A stretch of 25,960 bases of DNA from the UHGV virus genome UHGV-0396296. The stretch is one strand, 5' to 3'. The notes beneath the pieces are model-generated. The model did no database searches and had not been told where the DNA came from. It worked only from the letters and a program-made list of their open reading frames with translations. A program made the position numbers and the translations under genes. The DNA comes from a virus. Shown here in pieces: positions 1 to 7,320 of the stretch; the first letter of the stretch is position 1; each line of letters opens with the position of its first letter.

Positions 1-680
1 TTTATGTTTTCGCCATCCACTTTTGCAGATTTTACGTCCATGATGTGCCATTTTCCACGCTCATCTCGTTTCCATTCCGCCAAAACTATGTAACACCCCA
101 ACGCGCCCTTTGCCCTTCCTTCTATACCTGTGGCAACAGCAACTGATTCTTTACCTTCAACCGTTGCTGCGCTCTGGTCGCCGGTGTTTGTTGCTGCGCT
201 CCAGTCGCCGGTGTTTGTCGCTGCGCTCCAGTCGCCGGTGTTTGTCGCTGCGCTCCAGTCGCCGGTGTTTGTCGCTGCGCTCTGGTTGCCGGTGTTTGTC
301 GCTGCGCTCTGGTTGCCGGTGTTTGTCGCTGCGCTCTGGTCGCCGGTGTTATTACTTTTCTCTTTTTTCCAATCCACCCGATTCAGCGTAAATTTTACAA
401 ACGCATCGACTATTCCCTTTATCCCGATTTCGGCGTTGATTTTTATCCGCTTTCCGCAGCGTTTACTATCGCTACTTTCTTCGTCAGCAACATCACTTAG
501 TTCAACCTCACAATATCGGCTATCTGCCGGCGGATAATAATTAAACACATCTATGGGGTTCTCACATGCATGGAAACCGCACTCACATAGTTCTGCACGA
601 TTTTCTTCGTATTCTTTGCCAACCTCATATTGGAAATCACGACACCTCAGGTCTTCATTAAATCCTTTATATGCTTTCAT
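1..680 (-). CDS. Partial CDS (3' end beyond window start): phage protein with conserved N-terminal domain (MKAYKGF...CECGFHACENPIDVFNYY) and 7 tandem nonapeptide repeats TNTGD(W/Q)SAA
   Basis: ATG at 680-678 on the minus strand preceded by GGAGGAAAT, overlapping the upstream stop (ATGA). Hand translation of the minus frame is open from 680 to position 1. Not in the ORF track because it runs off the window. The plus-strand ORFs 110-391 and 130-537 are mirror artefacts of the repeat. Confidence 0.6.
   Translation of the reverse strand, partial: MKAYKGFNEDLRCRDFQYEVGKEYEENRAELCECGFHACENPIDVFNYYPPADSRYCEVELSDVADEESSDSKRCGKRIKINAEIGIKGIVDAFVKFTLNRVDWKKEKSNNTGDQSAATNTGNQSAATNTGNQSAATNTGDWSAATNTGDWSAATNTGDWSAATNTGDQSAATVEGKESVAVATGIEGRAKGALGCYIVLAEWKRDERGKWHIMDVKSAKVDGENI
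165..350. repeat. 27-bp tandem repeat, about 7 copies (gctgcgctc[c/t][a/g]gt[c/t]gccggtgtttgt[c/t]), in frame within the 1-680 CDS
   Basis: Direct reading of the sequence. Unit length is a multiple of 3. Variants change the encoded residue between D/N and W/Q. Confidence 0.9.
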
Positions 681-1057
681 ATTTCCTCCCCGTATTCGCA
701 CCTAAATTCAATATAATCATCTTGTTCATCCATAATTTTTTCGAATGCTTTCGCCTGTTTATACAGCTTTATGAAATCCTCCAGTCTCACAGTCGCTTTC
801 CATTCCTTACCGTTTTTCCGATGGAATACCGCCGGGATTTCGCCCCTTGCGTCTCTCTTGGACTGCTCCATAGCCTTTTCGATGTTTAACGCCTCCACAC
901 GCTTAACCTCGATATGTACTCCCGGCAGCCCCACTACGTCGGCATCGCCATTCGCCCCCGAATATTGCTGCCCGCGTCGTGCATCGTATCCGTATCCCCG
1001 CAGTATCTTGGCGATTTCTCGTTCTCCCTCTGCGCCCTTGCGCCTGCTGTTTGTCAC
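677..1057 (-). CDS. PD-(D/E)xK nuclease, Holliday-junction-resolvase-like (Hjc/RecU-type)
   Basis: ORF of 126 aa. N-terminus MTNSRRKGAEGEREIAKIL and motif D...VHIEVKRVE (D ... E-x-K) are typical of archaeal-type resolvase-like phage proteins. Stop overlaps the downstream start. Confidence 0.55.
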   Translation of the reverse strand: MTNSRRKGAEGEREIAKILRGYGYDARRGQQYSGANGDADVVGLPGVHIEVKRVEALNIEKAMEQSKRDARGEIPAVFHRKNGKEWKATVRLEDFIKLYKQAKAFEKIMDEQDDYIEFRCEYGEEI

Positions 1058-1293
1058 GTCCTAACCTCCATTCTTTTTAAATCCTTCACATCCTGGATCA
1101 CTCCGATCAATTCCGCTACCATCAGTTCCATTCTTCGTTCTGATAATCTCAACACTATATCAGGTGTTACTATTGCATATTCACCGTCGTCATAGATGTA
1201 CAGCAGCCCTTTTGCGTTACTGGCAACAACGTACATCCCTAACGTTTCCGCTTTGCTTGCGATCTGTACTATGCTCTGTTTCATGTTGCCCAT
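1054..1293 (-). CDS. Hypothetical phage protein (79 aa)
   Basis: ORF in the operon, ATGA-type overlap with the next gene. No motif recognised. Confidence 0.45.
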   Translation of the reverse strand: MGNMKQSIVQIASKAETLGMYVVASNAKGLLYIYDDGEYAIVTPDIVLRLSERRMELMVAELIGVIQDVKDLKRMEVRT

Positions 1294-1320
1294 CCTTTCA
1301 GCTATCGCCGTTTTGGCTGT

Positions 1321-1851
1321 TTAAACCGTTTCATCACTACCTCCTAACGCTTTTGTGGCCGATCCCCGTAGCCTGGCTATCTGCTCTTGCAACTTTGCCG
1401 GCAGTGCCGCAGTCTCGTTTTTTCGCTGTGCCTCCTGTTCATACACCATCCGGAAATTCGCCCTGTCCTGCATCGGGTTTTCAGATTCGCATAGCTGTTT
1501 CCACCCCAGCCGTTTCACCACCTTGCGGGTCGTTTCATCCATGCTGGCCAGTGCCGCCTCCTGCTGGTAGTATCCGTATTTACCAACCGCCTTGCGGAAC
1601 TGTTCCCAGCCGTCCGCCCAGCCTCGCGGAGCTTCTACAGTCTGTACTGCCGCCTGTCGTATCTCTGCCGGTGTTGGCGGGAATTTGTTCGTTGACATGT
1701 GCCGTTGTATGGCTATGTTCGCCAGCTCGTATGGCATATCCTCCAGCAGCCTGTACCAAATTTTTACGCTGTCTGCGTCAGGTAGAAAATTCGGCGATGT
1801 ATATACTGCTTTCATGCCTTTTACCAGCACCTTGAACTCATTAAATGTCAT
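1321..1851 (-). CDS. Helicase loader/inhibitor-like protein (SPP1 G39P-like)
   Basis: 176-aa ORF with the KFPPTPAEI motif and a tyrosine-rich N-terminal region, recalled as the G39P-like loader family. Sits directly after the replisome organiser gene. Confidence 0.5.
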   Translation of the reverse strand: MTFNEFKVLVKGMKAVYTSPNFLPDADSVKIWYRLLEDMPYELANIAIQRHMSTNKFPPTPAEIRQAAVQTVEAPRGWADGWEQFRKAVGKYGYYQQEAALASMDETTRKVVKRLGWKQLCESENPMQDRANFRMVYEQEAQRKNETAALPAKLQEQIARLRGSATKALGGSDETV

Positions 1852-2539
1852 CTATCCAGTCTAACCGTCCAGCCTTCTCCTGCGGCGGCTTCTCCTCCTT
1901 TCTCGCCCATGTAAGGATCGTTGCGTAATGGCTCTTATACCGCTTACCCTTGCTTGCCATGTATTGCGATAATCTTTCAATGCGCTCCTGCCAGTCATAT
2001 GGGAATTGCCTTTGCAGTTTTTCCAGTTCTTCCTCCGTCAGGTGTACGTTCTTAAACTCGCCCATGGCGGGCATAATATATCTCTTTTCTTTTTTGTCTT
2101 TCTTGTCTTTCTTTATATTGGCTCCGTCTGTGGCTCTACTTGTGGCTCCGCCTGTGGCTCTACTTGTGGCTCCGCCTGTGGCTTCACCAGTCTCAGCTTC
2201 ATCTTGGTATCTGCTGTAATTTTCAATGGTTATCACGGTTCCGATGCTGGCTCCGTAGGTGGTACTGTCAAATGTCGCCATTTCCAAATCCTCAAGCAGT
2301 TTACAAAACCTCGCCACTTTACCTCTGCCCCAGCCGAATGTTTCAGCCAGTTTGCGCTGCCCTATTATCAGTTGGCCGGGTTTTAAATGAATCGCCTGCC
2401 CCTTTATTACTTCGGTCTTTTCAAATCGACACGCCTTTACCATCAGCCACTCAAAGGCGTGCCAGCGGTCGAACGGCTTTTCGTCAAACAATTCGTTTTC
2501 GACCACTTTTCGGAACAGCTTTATGTACGTCTCTGCCAC
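1841..2539 (-). CDS. Phage replication initiator / replisome organiser (winged-helix N-terminus, DnaD-like C-terminus)
   Basis: 232-aa ORF. Central linker ATGGATSRATGGATSRAT and a Lys-rich KKDKKDKKEK segment are encoded by internal DNA repeats. C-terminal region resembles DnaD-like replisome organiser domains. Confidence 0.65.
   Translation of the reverse strand: MAETYIKLFRKVVENELFDEKPFDRWHAFEWLMVKACRFEKTEVIKGQAIHLKPGQLIIGQRKLAETFGWGRGKVARFCKLLEDLEMATFDSTTYGASIGTVITIENYSRYQDEAETGEATGGATSRATGGATSRATDGANIKKDKKDKKEKRYIMPAMGEFKNVHLTEEELEKLQRQFPYDWQERIERLSQYMASKGKRYKSHYATILTWARKEEKPPQEKAGRLDWIDDI
2080..2188. repeat. AT-rich tract plus 6 direct 12-bp repeats (TGGCTCYNYCTG): candidate iteron-type origin inside the replication initiator gene
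   Basis: Repeats at 2119-2188, immediately preceded by an A/T-rich run at 2080-2118. Phage origins often lie within the initiator gene. Confidence 0.4.
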
Positions 2540-2872
2540 TTAATCACCCCGCCCCCACTCTCTGGATATCTGGTTGTCTAATATCCGTATTTGCAGTTTT
2601 ATGGAATTGATATTTTCCTGGGCGGTTTTATACATCGTTTCAGCAATGTCACGCTTTAATCGTTTATCAGCGCAGTCGCCGTATACAACTTTGTCTATCA
2701 GCGTTACGGGCATACCGGAATCCCGGCGGACAAGTGCTTGTTTCTTCAGGTCTAATTTGTAATCGTGTTCTGCTTTGGCGTATTCCCTGCCGTACTTGGC
2801 CATCAGCCGGATAGCCTCGTTTAATCGCTCTGTCAAATCATTCATTTCGTTTATCATCGACAGTCCGCTCAT
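2540..2872 (-). CDS. Hypothetical phage protein (110 aa)
   Basis: ORF translationally coupled to its neighbours. No motif recognised. Confidence 0.45.
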   Translation of the reverse strand: MSGLSMINEMNDLTERLNEAIRLMAKYGREYAKAEHDYKLDLKKQALVRRDSGMPVTLIDKVVYGDCADKRLKRDIAETMYKTAQENINSIKLQIRILDNQISREWGRGD

Positions 2873-3153
2873 AGGTAGTTCCTCCCAAAAATTCTCATAA
2901 AGTCTTCTCTTGTTCCGTGAACTTTTTCAAACGCCTCTTGCCCTTTTTTATGAAGATATTCCATATTTTCTTTGTTGAAATGAACGCCGTTCGGAGGCTC
3001 ATTATGCCAATAATGATTTAAATAAACCCATAGTCCGTATTTTTCCGACAATTTTCTATTGGCTCCTTGGTATAGATGATGTTTTTCCAACCAGTCTGTT
3101 CTGCCGCTTAAATAGCATACCTTTTCAGACTGCATAATACTCTTTGCCATCAC
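2869..3153 (-). CDS. HNH-like nuclease-motif protein (94 aa)
   Basis: Motifs LEKHHL ... GLWVYLNHYWHNEP resemble the HNH beta-beta-alpha core (HH ... N ... H). The canonical Cys pairs are incomplete. Confidence 0.4.
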   Translation of the reverse strand: MMAKSIMQSEKVCYLSGRTDWLEKHHLYQGANRKLSEKYGLWVYLNHYWHNEPPNGVHFNKENMEYLHKKGQEAFEKVHGTREDFMRIFGRNYL

Positions 3154-3703
3154 CTAACACCTCATTTCTATACGTTATTGCACAATTAAGACTTTCAAAA
3201 GTTTTACATATTTCTAAGCTTTTGATGCATACACGGTACATTCCATTCTTTTGGCGGTGTATGTACTTTTCTCCAGTATTCGTTTTTTTACATTTTGTTT
3301 TTGGCTTGCGCATATGTTTTGCCGAATATTTAATATTCTTTGCCTGTGTTGTAATTTCTAAGTTAGAAGCTTTATTATTTAACGTGTCGTAATCAATATG
3401 GTTAATGACTTTATCTTGACCAACACACCCTAAAAACGCTTCTGCCACCAACCTGTGTACGTAGTGATTTTTTTTCACATATAATCCGTTATATTCACGC
3501 CTAAGCCCCACTATTTTATATCCATTTCCATTATCGGTCGGTGTTAATAACTGCCCCTTAATTCGCCTTTCCATGGATTTTCCCCACTGAGTGTTGTTTT
3601 GAGTTATAATTCTGTCAAGAGACCTAACGTTTCCCAAGTTGCTAACCTGATAAAGTCCTTCATATCCCAGTATATCTCGCCATTCTTCCTCAAGCCTTTT
3701 CAT
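3125..3703 (-). CDS. HNH homing endonuclease with NUMOD4-type N-terminal motif
   Basis: 192-aa ORF. WRDILGYEGLYQVSNLGNVRSL is a NUMOD4-like motif, and HRLVAEAFL...INHIDYDTLNN is HNH_3-like. The gene is visibly more AT-rich than its flanks and overlaps both neighbouring genes. Confidence 0.75.
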   Translation of the reverse strand: MKRLEEEWRDILGYEGLYQVSNLGNVRSLDRIITQNNTQWGKSMERRIKGQLLTPTDNGNGYKIVGLRREYNGLYVKKNHYVHRLVAEAFLGCVGQDKVINHIDYDTLNNKASNLEITTQAKNIKYSAKHMRKPKTKCKKTNTGEKYIHRQKNGMYRVCIKSLEICKTFESLNCAITYRNEVLGDGKEYYAV

Positions 3704-4319
3704 CTGCCTCTCCTTTCAAGTCTGCGTAAACCTCCTTGAATCGTTCCACTGTGGTGTCTTTGCCCAGTTTGTAGTCTTTGGACAGTTCAGATGCCTTTAT
3801 GCCCTTCTCGTTTGCCAGTTCCAGCACCTTGCCCCTCCAAATTTCACGCTCTTTTATATCACTTACAACCTCATCCCGGCTCTTTGCGGCGGCTTTCCGT
3901 CTATCCTCGACACTTCCATCAGCTTCGTCCGGCAAATCCTCCCCTGCGTACACATACAGCCCCAGTCCGTGCCTTGCAACAGCTTTTGTCAGGCTCCTTT
4001 GGATAGCTTTGTTCACGTCAAAGCTGGTTACCATGTCCGCTGGGATGGACTTGTTGCGATAGTCCATTACCGGCAAAAACTCTATATGTTCAATTTCGAA
4101 ATCGTCAGTTACAACAGTTACCCCCGTTTTTACCCAACACGTCTTATTGTCAGAAAAGTAGTTCCACTCCAGATCGTTTTGGTAGACGGTATAATAGCTT
4201 CTCGGGTATCGTTTTTTTAGTTCCTTCCAGGCGTTGGCCCACGACAAATACGATAAATCCTTCTTTTTCTCTATCATGCTCCCGCAGTCAACGCTGTTTA
4301 GTTCCTCAAAATAGTTCAT
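3690..4319 (-). CDS. Putative single-strand annealing protein (Rad52/Sak-like, DUF1071-type), uncertain
   Basis: 209-aa ORF with LSYLSWANAW and HGLGLYVYAGEDLP motifs and an acidic/charged C-terminal tail. Family assignment is from memory only. Confidence 0.4.
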   Translation of the reverse strand: MNYFEELNSVDCGSMIEKKKDLSYLSWANAWKELKKRYPRSYYTVYQNDLEWNYFSDNKTCWVKTGVTVVTDDFEIEHIEFLPVMDYRNKSIPADMVTSFDVNKAIQRSLTKAVARHGLGLYVYAGEDLPDEADGSVEDRRKAAAKSRDEVVSDIKEREIWRGKVLELANEKGIKASELSKDYKLGKDTTVERFKEVYADLKGEADEKA

Positions 4320-4513
4320 TCGTCATCCTCCATATGCACCTCTACTGCTACTTCATATGGTCCGTCTTCTTCATCGTTTTTTGTATCGTGGGTAGCCAGT
4401 AACGTCTTTGCAAACGTCATGGCGTCGGCGCTATCATGGAACATCCATCTGTGTTCCTTGCTGTAGCCTTGTCTTCCAACTATTTCGTATCTGAATTTAT
4501 TCATCTTCTTCAA
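4316..4513 (-). CDS. Hypothetical small protein (65 aa, TTG start)
   Basis: ORF track entry. Start is TTG. Overlaps a possible 44-codon ORF (about 4510-4643) in another frame. Confidence 0.35.
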   Translation of the reverse strand: MKKMNKFRYEIVGRQGYSKEHRWMFHDSADAMTFAKTLLATHDTKNDEEDGPYEVAVEVHMEDDE

Positions 4514-4626
4514 CCTCCGCTAAATCGTCTATTATCGGTTCTCCGCTATCATCCCAGCCATACGGGTAGAAATAGTCTGTTCCTTCGCCGTACCAGTCCC
4601 GGCTGTAATGGTTTTCCAACGCTGTA

Positions 4627-4899
4627 TCAGATATTTTGTTCATCGTGTATCACCGCCCTGTACACAGCTACTTTCCGTTTTGTCACATTGTCGTATGCTT
4701 TGCCGATCACCTTCACCGTTCCAGCTTCTTTCATCTCGCTCAGCCGTGGTTTCACGGCATTCAGGTCCGTATACCCCATGCCATAGGCTATCTGCCGGGC
4801 CGTCATGGCGTCATGTCCCATAAATCGCAGGATATCCTGTGCCCTGGTTACCGGTCGCTGTATGTAGCTTTCTAACCTTGTTTCTTTTGTTATTTCCAC
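4627..4899 (-). CDS. Winged-helix DNA-binding protein (MarR/PadR-like regulator)
   Basis: 90-aa ORF, GTG start preceded by AGGAGG. The segment MTARQIAYGMGYTDLNAVKPRLSEMKEAG is wHTH-like. Confidence 0.5.
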   Translation of the reverse strand: MEITKETRLESYIQRPVTRAQDILRFMGHDAMTARQIAYGMGYTDLNAVKPRLSEMKEAGTVKVIGKAYDNVTKRKVAVYRAVIHDEQNI

Positions 4900-5055
4900 T
4901 TGCTAAACCTCCTGAGTTGGTCTATACTGTAATTGGTTTTTTATGTGTGCCACTTGTCCATGTGACGGTGGCGCATTTGTTTTAGTTGCCATACTTTTCC
5001 ACCTCCCGCGCATACCCTATAATAGCCGCGAATATTATTACCAGTGCTATGCTCG

Positions 5056-5439
5056 TCATCGTTTGTCCTCCTTTACCAGTTTTGCGTGGTTCCAGCATGT
5101 CGTGTCGCCGTTGGTACTCCAGCTTGTCTTTCCGTAATCCCACGTAAACACTTCCCCGTCTTCAAATTTCGCAAAATGTCTCGGCCACCACTCCCCACAT
5201 TCGAAATCTCTAACATATATCGGCGTATCCACAGGCACCTTGCTCCAGTCGACTTTTGGCTCTGCGTCAGCTTTGGCTCGTAACCATTTGAGTCGTGCGA
5301 CAGTACAATCAGAGCCGGTGCTATCGTCAAGAGTGCAATCATTACAGCCACGAAGGCCGCACGGGCGTAAGCTATCTCCGAAAAGCCCCCAAGGCGACGC
5401 GGCCAAAATCTCATCCAAATATTTCTCTCTATTCGTCAT
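5056..5439 (-). CDS. Hypothetical Cys-rich phage protein (127 aa)
   Basis: ORF with a GGAGAG RBS. Cys cluster CGLRGCNDC. No family recognised. Confidence 0.45.
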   Translation of the reverse strand: MTNREKYLDEILAASPWGLFGDSLRPCGLRGCNDCTLDDSTGSDCTVARLKWLRAKADAEPKVDWSKVPVDTPIYVRDFECGEWWPRHFAKFEDGEVFTWDYGKTSWSTNGDTTCWNHAKLVKEDKR

Positions 5440-5615
5440 GCCGACTCTCCTTTCTGCATCTGCCTCTCGATGTACAACTTTATCTCCTCATCGGTAAAAA
5501 ACACCTGCGATCCCACATTGAATCCCTTGATCTCTCCCCTTTTCCGCAGCCTCCACAACGTAGTCTTGCTAATTCGCAGAAGCTCCGCAGTCTCTGTCTG
5601 TGTTAATACCTGCAT
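5436..5615 (-). CDS. Excisionase-like / MerR-type HTH_17 DNA-binding protein (59 aa)
   Basis: Start chosen at ATG 5615 (MQVLTQTETAELLRISKTTLWRLRKRGEI) because it follows an AGGAGG RBS. The ORF track start at 5648 lacks an RBS. Confidence 0.55.
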   Translation of the reverse strand: MQVLTQTETAELLRISKTTLWRLRKRGEIKGFNVGSQVFFTDEEIKLYIERQMQKGESA

Positions 5616-5629
5616 AGTGTCCTCCTTTC

Positions 5630-5658
5630 TTGTCCCGCCCGACCACATATGATAAAAT
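5630..5658 (+). promoter_or_regulatory. Candidate sigma70-type promoter for the DUF4145 gene (TTGTCC-N17-TAAAAT)
   Basis: Hexamers read directly, 17-nt spacer, 25 nt upstream of ATG 5684. Diverges from the Xis-like gene. Confidence 0.35.
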
Positions 5659-5683
5659 ACGGTGGAAAGGACGGTGATAATAA

Positions 5684-6346
5684 ATGACCGGATTCAAATG
5701 TCCATATTGTAATTCTGTTTTTCCTTTGACCAGAGATACTCTCCGAGAATGCAAGGCCTATTTCGATCCGCCTAAACCTTACGAAGCTGCTGACAACAGC
5801 GGCATAAATATTTCATTCTACAAATGCCCAAATTGCAACGAATATATAGTGCGTGCTCAAGGCTTTGGTAAACAGGTTCTTGATATAAATTCACAACTGC
5901 GCCCGCTATCTTCCGCAATACAATTCCCTGATTATGTTCCGGAGTCCATACGACAGGACTATAGCGAAGCCTGCGCTATCGTTAATCTCAGTCCTAAAGC
6001 ATCCGCCACTTTATCTCGCAGGTGTCTACAAACTATGATTCGCGACTTCTGGGGCATTACCGAAGCAACGCTTTACAAGGAAATCGAAAGTCTCGACACT
6101 ATTATTCCTTCTACACAGAAAAAAGTACTTCATAGCCTTAGACAAATCGGCAATATCGGTGCCCACCCTGAAGCTGATATCAACACAATCATTGATATCG
6201 AACCCGGCGACGCTGAAAAGCTCATTAAGGTTATCGAGTTCTTTGTTGATAAGTGGTACATCGATCGCCATGAGCAACAGCTTCTGTTTGATGAGATCAA
6301 TAATCTCAACGATGATATGCAGGATAAAAAGAAATCTGATGAGTAG
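5684..6346 (+). CDS. Zinc-ribbon plus DUF4145-domain protein (candidate defence or accessory gene)
   Basis: 220-aa ORF on the opposite strand to the surrounding early operon. N-terminal CPYC...CPNC pairs. C-terminal LHSLRQIGNIGAHPE and SRRCLQTMIRDF match recalled DUF4145 features (lR..GN.gaH). Confidence 0.6.
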   Translation: MTGFKCPYCNSVFPLTRDTLRECKAYFDPPKPYEAADNSGINISFYKCPNCNEYIVRAQGFGKQVLDINSQLRPLSSAIQFPDYVPESIRQDYSEACAIVNLSPKASATLSRRCLQTMIRDFWGITEATLYKEIESLDTIIPSTQKKVLHSLRQIGNIGAHPEADINTIIDIEPGDAEKLIKVIEFFVDKWYIDRHEQQLLFDEINNLNDDMQDKKKSDE

Positions 6347-6368
6347 TGCGCTACTCATTTTCTTTTAT
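6338..6368. terminator. Bidirectional intrinsic terminator (ATGAGTAG-TGCG-CTACTCAT hairpin with flanking T/A runs)
   Basis: Perfect 8-bp stem overlapping the DUF4145 stop, followed by TTTCTTTT on plus and T-rich on minus. Lies between convergent genes. Confidence 0.5.
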
Positions 6369-6569
6369 GAGCATATCCTTCTCAGCAAGCATTTCTCCGT
6401 CTAAGCTCCAATACTGCTTGACACGGCGCACAGGATCTTCCTGGCTACTACCTGAACCTCGCAACGCTATCGTCTCTATCACCTGTATCACTTTTGCGGA
6501 ATCTGTGCCTCTTGGCCTTGCGTGTGCATAATGCTCTTCTTCATTTCCTCTCTCTTTCAAACATTCCAT
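6351..6569 (-). CDS. Hypothetical small protein downstream of cro-like gene (72 aa)
   Basis: Start placed at ATG 6569 (MECLKERG...), 11 nt after AAGGAGG. The track start at 6581 is a GTG too close to the RBS. Confidence 0.4.
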   Translation of the reverse strand: MECLKERGNEEEHYAHARPRGTDSAKVIQVIETIALRGSGSSQEDPVRRVKQYWSLDGEMLAEKDMLIKENE

Positions 6570-6617
6570 TCCTTTTCTCACCTCCTTGTCATGCGACGGC
6601 TTCTGCCACGTTTTGTG

Positions 6618-6821
6618 TCATTGACGAGCAAAAAAAATTTCTTCTACTGACGTACCGTAATATTCTGCAAGTCTTATTTTAATTTCATCACGCGGCACTC
6701 TTTCGCCATTTTCATACATTGACAATGCCGATGGGCTTATACCTGTTGCTCTTGCTACTTCCTCCTGGCTTTTGGCGCCTCGAAGTTTTACAAGTCTTTC
6801 GGATATTACGCTCTTGTCCAT
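6618..6821 (-). CDS. Cro-like XRE-family HTH regulator
   Basis: 67-aa ORF. SQEEVARATGISPSALSMYENGERVP is a canonical XRE HTH. Transcribed divergently from the CI-like gene, towards the replication genes. Confidence 0.7.
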   Translation of the reverse strand: MDKSVISERLVKLRGAKSQEEVARATGISPSALSMYENGERVPRDEIKIRLAEYYGTSVEEIFFARQ

Positions 6822-6847
6822 TGTTCTGCACCTCCTTTCACATCATG

Positions 6848-6925
6848 ATTATATCATTCGCCACAAATCGTGTCAACACATTTTGTGGACTTTTTCTTTA
6901 CTTTTTCCACGAATCGTGTTATTAT
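6848..6925. promoter_or_regulatory. Divergent switch region: consensus leftward promoter (TTGACA-N17-TATAAT on minus), weaker rightward promoter, and three operator-like sites
   Basis: Minus strand -35 at 6871-6876 and -10 at 6848-6853 with a 17-nt spacer. Direct repeats CCACAAATCGTGT (6861-6873) and CCACGAATCGTGT (6907-6919), plus inverted partner ACACATTTTGTGG (6876-6888). Confidence 0.5.
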
Positions 6926-6954
6926 TTGCGTACACCACATATGGAGGGATAGCA

Positions 6955-7266
6955 ATGTCAAAGTTTTCAACGGTTTTTAAAAATTTAAGAATCAATAACG
7001 GATACACGCAACAGGAGCTTGCTAATAGACTTGGCGTTTCACGCAGTGCCGTTGGTATGTATGAAAATGGTGAGCGTGAGCCTGATTTTGAAACGTTAGA
7101 GGCAATAGCTGATTTCTTTAATGTGGACATGGACTATTTAATGGGTAGGAGTAATAAAATCACAACTATCGCCGCCCACCATGAAGGCGAAGAATGGACA
7201 CAGGAAGAACTTGATGAGATAGAAGAGTTTAAGAAATTTGTGAAATCAAAAAGAGATAATAAGTAG
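6955..7266 (+). CDS. CI-like XRE-family HTH repressor
   Basis: ATG 6955 preceded by GGAGGG. YTQQELANRLGVSRSAVGMYENGEREP is an XRE HTH. Followed by an ImmA-like gene. The track ORF start at 6772 is upstream of the promoter region. Confidence 0.7.
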   Translation: MSKFSTVFKNLRINNGYTQQELANRLGVSRSAVGMYENGEREPDFETLEAIADFFNVDMDYLMGRSNKITTIAAHHEGEEWTQEELDEIEEFKKFVKSKRDNK

Positions 7267-7320
7267 TGTCCATACTTTTGGACACTGGGGTCGATATAAT
7301 ACTTTTGGGGAGGTGTTACC

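Noticed and set aside
165-350. Regular 27-bp direct repeats considered as a CRISPR array
   Set aside because: The repeats are contiguous with no spacers, are in frame within a coding sequence, and no cas genes are nearby.
110-537. Plus-strand ORFs 110-391 and 130-537 with repetitive translations
   Set aside because: They are antisense images of the tandem repeat. The minus strand carries an RBS-led gene with a recognisable domain.
5073-5414. Alternative-frame ORF (113 aa) overlapping the 5056-5439 gene
   Set aside because: It shares the locus with an RBS-led ORF in the operon frame and its translation is Arg/Leu-rich low complexity.
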